NCBI GenBank assembly: GCA_000934665.2 | Contig: JYFJ02004451.1 | Location: forward strand, 1 to 32,217 | Length of the DNA: 32,217 bases | Source of the DNA: Catajapyx aquilonaris | Taxonomy: Eukaryota | Reading direction: 5' to 3' | Shown here: in pieces, positions 25,801 through 32,217 of the stretch | Position numbering within the stretch: position 1 is the first letter of the stretch | Layout of the letters: each line of letters starts with the position of its first letter | The notes under the pieces: generated by a model | Told to the model about the DNA's origin: nothing | Databases searched by the model: none | What the model saw: the letters and a program-made list of their open reading frames with translations, nothing else | Made by a program: the position numbers and the translations under genes

Positions 25801-27792
25801 AGCCTGTGGCCATTCCGGAATTGTCCTGGAAGTGATCGGGGAGAACATACAGAAGGTCCCGGATGATTACCTGCGCCGGGATTCGAACCCAGGACCTCCA
25901 AAAGTTTTCAAATTAAAATGGTAACAATTATTATAATCAGTCGTGAGTTGTTCCAGCTCTGTAACATTCACATAAGCTTATAATATAAGTTAATACCAAT
26001 AGCTGTAAAATTTGCAACCTGCTGATCTCTTAGTTAAAAATTAGCCTACCCTTCATCAGGTTCTGTACACGCGGTGATTGGCAAACTAGAGTAGTATTCG
26101 CCACGCTAGTGGAAAGGCGGAGAAGTAGAAATATGAAACCCTCTCGTCGCGCCAGCTGGAAATTAGATTACGCCACTAATTACTGCGGATTTCCCGAATT
26201 TGGAAACTTGTTAGAGTCAAGTCAGCTCGAACACTTCAGCCCAATATCTCAAGAGCTGAAAACAGTTTATTTAAGCCGCGCCTTCTACGCTGTGTTGGAG
26301 TTGCAAGGTGGGCTCAGTGCGTAATAATTATCTTAAAGTCATTCATTTTCACGAGCAATAAACACGACATGCTTTTAGCGCAATGTTACCAAATTCATCT
26401 ATAAGCCATCGAGAAATACACACCTTTTCTCCGCTATCTGATGGAAGGTAGAACACAAGAACAGTGAGGAATGAGATTCCCATGCAAGGGATGATGAGGT
26501 TGACAGTGTAAAATAGCGTTTTCCTTCTCATGGTTATGTTAAATGTAATGTCCAAGTAAGGTTCGTTGCAACAAGTGTAGAATCGCTTGTTGCGAACTGC
26601 GGGTACTTCCAAGATATCCCATTCCACTGACATGTAGAATTCGGTCAGATCCACGCCGATTTCTACAATATTGGAACCTTTGACTTCATCGATATGCCGA
26701 AGGTCCACCTGCAATAAAGAGAATAAACGTATTGTGTATTGTTTAAATTTTTAAGTGACTTCTAAAGAAGTTTAATTTTACCTGAAACCCGTCGTATGTC
26801 CAGGAACCAAATTTCATGACGCACGTTTGTTCGTCAAACGGAAAATATTCGACGTCTATCTCGCAAGACGACTTATAGATAGCAGGTGGTTTCCATTCCA
26901 CTAGTCCAGAGTGGTAAAGTGTAGCTTTAGTGGCTAAGGTTACTTCGAAGTTACCGTCAGCACTGCAAGGAAATGAAGTTTGCTTTTAATCAGCCCATGG
27001 CAAACAAAAGATAACAACAGCGAGTCTTTTGCTTGGAGATAATAATGCGTCATAATTTATACTATTCAAATTAGTACAGTGAATTTTTGACTTGGAAATT
27101 AGATGCTACTGTACTCGTAAGAAACTTTTATACGCTGCGATACAAGATCAAAAGTTTGCTCAAAGCCCTCTATGTGAAATTAACTAAGGAAAACTTGCAT
27201 TTCTCAAGGCAAGACTCCAAAATGCCGTTCAATTAGGAATTTTCTTCCCCAGGATATTATGGTTAATCATTAAAGCAGTCTTCAACTCAACATATGCCAG
27301 TATAATAGAATAATAACATTAACATTATAATTAAATTTTTGGCACTTGCTGAGTTAAATTTCTTGTTAGCGCACACGTCTGCTAACGTGCGTTTTCTTCA
27401 TGATCATTGACGACCCATTTTATCGGGAAAATGTGATATCATTATTTTTCTTATTTTTATTTCATTGTTTTTATTATTGTTATTATTTGGGCCAGTTATT
27501 TTACTCTTATAGCGTCAACCTGACTATGATGGGCAGTGTTTCCACTACCAGCAGTTCTTCACGTAGGCCTGCTCCGTAGAACCAATTTGATACTTGAAGT
27601 CGTGTTTTGCGTGCGTCTTCAAGTTCGTCATGTGGCGGAAGAGCAAAGCGAGCATTAGAGAAATGTATCCCAGGAGACCTACTTGTTGTAAAGCACGATG
27701 TCCGGGCGCCAGATGTGGTCGGAGGGCACGTGCAACATATCCACTCCTCCATACTCCCTAGGGTCCCACTGGAGCTTGTAGTCGTACCAAAA
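18528..27792 (-). CDS. nAChRalpha3: Nicotinic acetylcholine receptor alpha subunit, alpha3-like (alpha3/alpha4 group); 5'-partial multi-exon gene, 8 coding exons in window
   Basis: Exons 27792-27683, 26962-26782, 26708-26424, 25534-25398, 25311-25156, 24619-24443, 23158-22930, 18722-18528 join through GT-AG introns into one open frame (1470 nt). It contains loop A ([10 protein letters not shown]), the Cys loop ([15 protein letters not shown]), loop B (WTYDG), vicinal cysteines (YTCC, alpha subunit) and TM1-TM4. The C-terminus ([15 protein letters not shown]) and the loop motif VRTCNG resemble insect alpha3. Family call is certain; alpha3 versus a paralog is less so. Confidence 0.9.
18825..19068. 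mobile_element. Degenerate Tc1/mariner-type MITE in the last nAChR intron
   Basis: Left cagggcgtttcta versus right tagga acaccctg|ta (reverse complement cagggtgttccta); left TA flank mutated. Confidence 0.55.
19948..20322 (-). mobile_element. tRNA-derived SINE, copy 1
   Basis: Minus-strand head ggggaggtgaggtggccgagatggtaacg with A box and B box (ggtttgatccc), (TAAA)n-type tail at 19948-19979; homologous to 30579-30921. Confidence 0.85.
22739..22803. repeat. (ATT)n microsatellite
   Basis: Directly visible pure tract. Confidence 0.97.
22930..23158 (-). CDS. nAChRalpha3: nAChR alpha exon (cytoplasmic loop, MA helix): [26 protein letters not shown]...[30 protein letters not shown]
   Basis: 229 nt, acceptor ttttttcag, donor gtgggt; contains the pre-TM4 amphipathic helix. 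Confidence 0.9.
24443..24619 (-). CDS. nAChRalpha3: nAChR alpha exon (cytoplasmic loop): [29 protein letters not shown]...RDSYSP(R)
   Basis: 177 nt within ORF 24346..24633; acceptor ccttgcag, donor gtatac; phase 2-2 fits both neighbours; the VRTCNG motif is recalled from insect alpha3 loops. Confidence 0.8.
24890..25051. mobile_element. Tc1/mariner-type MITE with TA target duplication
   Basis: ta|cagtcggttaaaggatttt ctttccacatgagg ... cctcatgtggaaaggaaatcctttaaccgactg|ta. Confidence 0.88.
25156..25311 (-). CDS. nAChRalpha3: nAChR alpha exon (end of TM3, start of cytoplasmic loop): [50 protein letters not shown]
   Basis: 156 nt within ORF 25152..25346; acceptor ttgacag, donor gtaagt. Confidence 0.95.
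25398..25534 (-). CDS. nAChRalpha3: nAChR alpha exon (TM2-TM3): [45 protein letters not shown](S)
   Basis: 137 nt, acceptor ttccag, donor gtaaag; canonical cation-channel TM2. Confidence 0.96.
25700..25899 (-). mobile_element. 5'-truncated tRNA-derived SINE of a second family
   Basis: B box ggttcgaatcc (25889-25879) followed by a body of the ...ccaggacaattccggaatggccacaggcttttccttccc type typical of insect SINEs; boundaries approximate. Confidence 0.6.
26424..26708 (-). CDS. nAChRalpha3: nAChR alpha exon (loop F, loop C, TM1): [11 protein letters not shown]...[13 protein letters not shown]...[10 protein letters not shown]
   Basis: 285 nt within ORF 26349..26714; acceptor ttgcag, donor gtgtgt. 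Confidence 0.96.
26782..26962 (-). CDS. nAChRalpha3: nAChR alpha exon (loop E, Cys loop, loop B): [60 protein letters not shown]
   Basis: 181 nt, acceptor ccttgcag, donor gtaaaa; absent from the ORF track, translated by hand. Confidence 0.96.
27683..27792 (-). CDS. nAChRalpha3: nAChR alpha exon (loop A): [36 protein letters not shown](N)
   Basis: 110 nt, acceptor ccttgcag, donor gtaggt, phase 0 to 2. Confidence 0.95.
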
Positions 27793-28226
27793 CTGCAAGG
27801 ATCGGCTACGTGACCTAACTGCCAACTGCTCCCCCACTTACATGTTGCGGAAGACACTGAGGCAACGAGGAGGTGAGGAGGGAAAGGATGAGGCAGAGGG
27901 ANGGAGGGAGGGAGGGAGGGAGGGAGGAGCAGATTGCTCTCGACAGGCGGGGGACTTGATAGGGTTACGTCGAGAGGCTGCTTCACAACTGCACTACTTG
28001 CGACGGGACTAGCTTACGGACTCCTTCCACAAGAAGTTGTCCAGTACCAAGCCTTTGAAATGGTGGAACATAATAAGGAAGGCCCGTAAGAAGAGGACAA
28101 GGCTTTGTGAAGGAGCATGCGCAGTTTGCGAGATTTATAGGGGGGAAAGTATGGGAAAATTAAGGAAGTTTAAAGTACTTTCAACAAGATGTCATTCTGT
28201 TGTATGGGTCAAAACTGTCAACATGC

Positions 28227-28485
28227 AGGCACATCCCACCCACATACTTATCTGAATCCACACTCATGATCACCCATCGAGATAACTCCGAACGCGATAA
28301 GAGTGGGGAAGACTCGCCGTTGTCATAATTATGTCATTCATGTGATTCCAGTTTTACACAAGCGCAATATTTTGGAAATAGGCTAAGCATATGAATGACT
28401 TATGACAACGCCGCGATTGGAGTTATCTGGATTGGCAATCCTGAGTGGGGTGGTATTCAGATAGGGCAGTGGGTGGGATGTGCCT
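28227..28485. repeat. Long imperfect inverted repeat in the nAChR intron
   Basis: Nested complementary blocks aggcacatcccacccac/gtgggtgggatgtgcct, tatctgaat/attcagata, agataactcc/ggagttatct, cgttgtcataa/ttatgacaacg, gtcattcat/atgaatgac. Confidence 0.85.
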
Positions 28486-29124
28486 TCACTTCCAGGATAT
28501 AATAGGCTATGTATAATAAAAGCTACCACGCATGTGCTAGAGGAGAAAGCAGGCAATCTATGCTAAATACATTAAGTCAATTTAATTTCTATCTTATTAA
28601 CATTAGGCAGTGCCATACAGTTGTTGTGAATTGCCTTATGAGGCCTGCCAGTAAGCAGAAGATTGCTACCTAGTGCTGTTGTGATATTGCCGCAATGTAG
28701 AGGTAGAAAGCAGAGTACCGGTACTAATGGATGATGCATTAGAATTTGAATATTCTGGCGAAGAATAATGGAGTAAACCATAATATGTTTCAAAACGAGA
28801 CAAATTCGGCGGAAAGTGAGCGGAGTGGCAAGTCACAAATTCTGCGTTTCCTCGGCAGGCATAGGCCGAGAGGACGGGATCGTAGAAGTGCTACCCGATG
28901 GACTTTGGGAGAATGGAGCCGATGGCAAGGGCGTCGCAAGTGATTAGCGAGATGCGCTTTGTTGAAGAATGGTTGGTATGCTCCTGCTATTCCGCCCGCG
29001 ATCTCCTACCTCTCATTTCCCGCCTGCTTTATAATCGTCGAATTTGTGAAAAAGCCTTTAAGCTAACTACATAAAAACAAATCTTCAATTATAATATTTC
29101 AAAGGTCACAAGTAAGGCTTAAGC

Positions 29125-29340
29125 CAGTGGTTTCCAACCTTTTACCAACTGTGACCCCCTAAACATGTTTCCATAAATGTGCGACCCCCCCCCTCAGCCC
29201 CTTCTACAGCTGCCCTATTTCCAGAAAACATACACTCTGTACGGTCGCAAAAATTGTTCAATTTACTCAGAAATTCCCCCCCAAAAAGGCTGAACAAAGA
29301 CTCGCGACCCTGTCCGCGACCTCCAGGTTGGAAACCACTG
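29125..29340. mobile_element. hAT (Buster/Charlie-type) MITE
   Basis: Perfect 16-bp TIR cagtggtttccaacct and perfect 8-bp TSD gcttaagc (29117-29124, 29341-29348) with central TA. Confidence 0.93.
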
Positions 29341-29941
29341 GCTTAAGCCAAGGCACTATCTTAGGTAAAGGTTTTCCTTTCACTTGAGGGCAAAAGTGGT
29401 ATTGCTCATGCAGTCGTTCTAAACGATCTGTATAATGAGCTGTGGCAGTCAGTATATTGTTCCCAAACAGCTACAGTAGGCTACTATTGCACGGAGAGAC
29501 ACGATCGAAGGACTCATTCCGAACATTCCACACATTTGCGTGTCGACACCACGCATTCTACAGGCCTTTATAAAAATTACGCCTGTGGTGAGAGCACTAT
29601 GCCAACGCGATAGGTCTGCCAAGATAACACCGGTACAATAACATGCATTGCGAAATGACATTGCTTCCGTCCGCTCTGGTGAGAGTCACAAAATTACCTA
29701 GATGCTCATTGTCCAATGTTTTCTAGTGGATTAAGTCATGACAGCTGCGCTGCAGGGTTGGCCAAAAGCCCTGCTCCCTTTTTGTAACTCCCTAACTGTA
29801 GATATCGTCGGCATTAAGGAGAGAGGGCGGATAGACCATTTTTCACAAAAAAAAATGCCGAAAATGCATTTCTTAAGTTGAAATCACCCACCACATGTTT
29901 TGGTGAAACGGCAGGTGTGTAGGTGGAACAATGTGCTTGTA

Positions 29942-30106
29942 CAATGTTGGACATAAATCGAGGCATACTGCTAGCGACATTTTCCGAAGATGCGGCAGAA
30001 GGAGGAATCTTTCTCGCCCGGCTTTCAGTATCCTTATCTTCGATTCCTTCTTCTGCCGCTTCGGAAAATGTCGCTAGCAGTATGCCTCGATTAATGTCCA
30101 ACATTG
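29942..30106. mobile_element. Hairpin MITE with ~70-bp arms and TA flanks (Tc1/mariner-type)
   Basis: ta|caatgttggacataaatcgaggcatactgctagcgacattttccgaag ... cttcggaaaatgtcgctagcagtatgcctcgattaatgtccaacattg|ta; explains mirror ORFs 29814..30104 and 29923..30180. Confidence 0.88.
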
Positions 30107-30180
30107 TACAGTACGAGAAAGTGGTTCCAGCGAGTATCCAAAACAGCGTAAGGAGAAAGGGCGAATATCCCAGGTGCTAA

Positions 30181-31974
30181 GGGGAATTTGGCCCAAACTT
30201 TGCATATTGTGAGAAAAGTATGAACTCGGTACTCTCGTTCTCTGGATACTTTTGAGCATATTTGGACGTGGGGCCACGCTAGGTGACCCAGCAGTCCCAG
30301 CTGGAGGACACTTTCGTAGGGTAGCCATATTGAACAGGTGCAGCCTACCTTTACATGAATAAAGACCTTGCATTCAGTGATAAAAACATGAAACTCGCCA
30401 CAATATTGGTCTTTGCACACTTCTGAACATGTCAGACACAGGACCACGATTACCAACCCCGATGGAGGTCACTATGCTATTTATAACAGACTGTGAAACA
30501 TGCGTTTCTTTTGAATAGTGAGCTTTCATTCGGTGATAAAAACGTGAAACTCGGTACACTAGTTTATTGGGCACATATTTTTTTCTTCTATTACCCCGTG
30601 ATAACCCGATTAGGGTTTATAGGGGGGTAGATTACCATAATTTTAGAATAATGTTTCAATTTTCCTTCAGTCACCATGCAAGGAATTCGGAAAATGACGT
30701 AGGGATAGGGATTGTTGGGGAGGGGACACTTGTGCAGGTGCAATGTCTTAATCTTTGGGTCATGTGCAGTCTCCCAGGAGGTTAGGTTGCCAGACACCTC
30801 CAAGGTGCAGGTCAGCGACCCTCCCGACGCAGGTGGAAGGGAACTCCCAGGCGGGGATCGAACCTAGGACCTTTCACTCAACAAGCCGAGACGTTACCAT
30901 CTCGGCCACCACACCTCCCCCTCTTTGGACACATATGAACATATCTGGACGTGGGGCCACGTTGTCCGACCATGCCGGGGGTCTCTATCGCAGGGTTGCC
31001 ATACTAACAGACGGTGCAACATGCGTTTATATTTGGATAGTGAGCTTGCATTCGGGGATAAAGACATGAAACTCGGTATACTAGATCTTTGGAGCCTTCT
31101 AAACATATCTGGACGTGGGGCCACAATGACCGACCCCGCTGGAGCCCCCTATTCAAATACAAACGGGTGTTTCACAGTTCATTAAATATGGTAACCCTTC
31201 GAAAGTGACTTTCAGCAGGGTCGGTGATCGTGGACCCACGTCCAGATAAATTCAGAAGTGTCCAAAGAATAATCGTGGTGAGTTTCATGTTTTTATCACC
31301 GAATTCAAGATCACTATTCAAGTATAAATGCATGTTGCATAGTCTGTTGGATTTGGCAACCCCGCAATAGTGACCTCCAGCGAGGTCGATCACTGTGGCT
31401 CAACATCCAGATATGGTCAGAAGTGTCCACAGAACTAGTGCACCGAGATTTACGTCTTTATCACCGAATCGAAGCTCCCTATTTAAAAATAGAAATGCAT
31501 GTTGAGCCTGTTAGATATGGCAACCCCGTGAGTGACTCACAGCGGGGTTGTCCATCGTGGCCTCACTTCCAGACATGTTCATAAGTGTCCAAAGACCAAT
31601 TGTGGCAAATTTCAGGTTTTTATCACTGAATACAAGGTCCTTATTCATGTAAAGATCTGCGTTGCACCAGTTGGATTTGGCAACCCCACGAAAGTGACCT
31701 CCAGTTGGGTCACCCAGAGTGACCCCACGTCCAAATATCCCCAAAAGTGTCCAAAGAACTAGTGTACTGAGAGTGAGTTTCATGTTTTTATCACCGAATA
31801 CAAAGTCCTAATGGTATGCTGCACCTGATAGATATGGCAACCCTGTGAAAGTGACCCCCGGTGGGGTCACCCATCGTGTGCCCACGCCACGTCCACATAT
31901 TCTCAGAAGTGTCCAAAGAATGAGTGTACCGAGTATAGTTTCATACTTTGTCACAAAATTCAGAGTTAAAACCC
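30181..31974. mobile_element. Foldback-type non-autonomous element whose arms are ~165-bp tandem repeats
   Basis: Units in forward orientation near 30222, 30390, 30546, 31068 and in reverse near 31280, 31443, 31608, 31775, 31930. Termini ctaa|gggg ... ccc|ttaa; both ends share an inverted subterminal block ttgtga..aaagtatgaa. Confidence 0.78.
30579..30921 (-). mobile_element. tRNA-derived SINE, copy 2, inserted into the foldback element
   Basis: Homologous to 19948-20322; A box tggccgagatgg, B box ggttcgatccc; candidate TSD ttgggcacatat (30567-30578) / ttggacacatat (30925-30936). Confidence 0.85.
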
Positions 31975-32217
31975 TTAACATACGGACTATTAAAAACAAT
32001 TTGGGAAGAAGGGCGAATAGCCATTAATTTTTTACACATATATGCATATAAATATTTTCTAATAATTGTAATTGCCAAAGAAAATCAACGTATTGCTCCA
32101 ATGCAATCCAAAAATGTAGCGCTTATACAGTGATACTGCTATTTGTGAGGTCGATTTTAAACCGATTATTAGCTCTCCTGTAAAAATTTTAAATTTGTCT
32201 AAAATTCATCCTTTCTC

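Noticed and set aside
30181..31974. CRISPR-like array or coding repeats (several short ORFs)
   Set aside because: Whole ~165-bp units are homologous with no unique spacers, the context is eukaryotic, and the ORFs are short and inconsistent between units.
27931..32217. Upstream nAChR exon (NQIMTTNLWVEQ type) or a duplicate alternative loop A exon
   Set aside because: No matching sequence found by eye; they presumably lie beyond the window end.

Overview
Eukaryotic (arthropod, most likely a large-genome insect) intron- and repeat-rich DNA. The main feature is the 3' eight coding exons (27792->18528, minus strand, 1470 nt spliced, 489 aa plus stop, all GT-AG and phase-consistent) of a nicotinic acetylcholine receptor alpha subunit of the alpha3/alpha4 group. 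It is closest to alpha3 but has unusual loop C/loop E residues, and its 5' exons lie beyond the window. Downstream on the same strand is a strongly diverged, intron-containing SSRP1 (FACT subunit) paralog with an in-frame stop, a 2-nt frameshift and an internal deletion. There is also a tRNA-Met(CAT) pseudogene with a 12-nt internal duplication. The rest is transposon debris: Tc1/mariner transposase fragments, several MITEs with TIRs/TSDs, tRNA-derived SINEs, a 1.8-kb foldback element whose arms are ~165-bp tandem repeats, and microsatellites. Most ORFs in the supplied track are spurious. Homology calls come from recalled family sequences, not database searches. No clearly novel biological system is demonstrable; the best leads are listed as findings.
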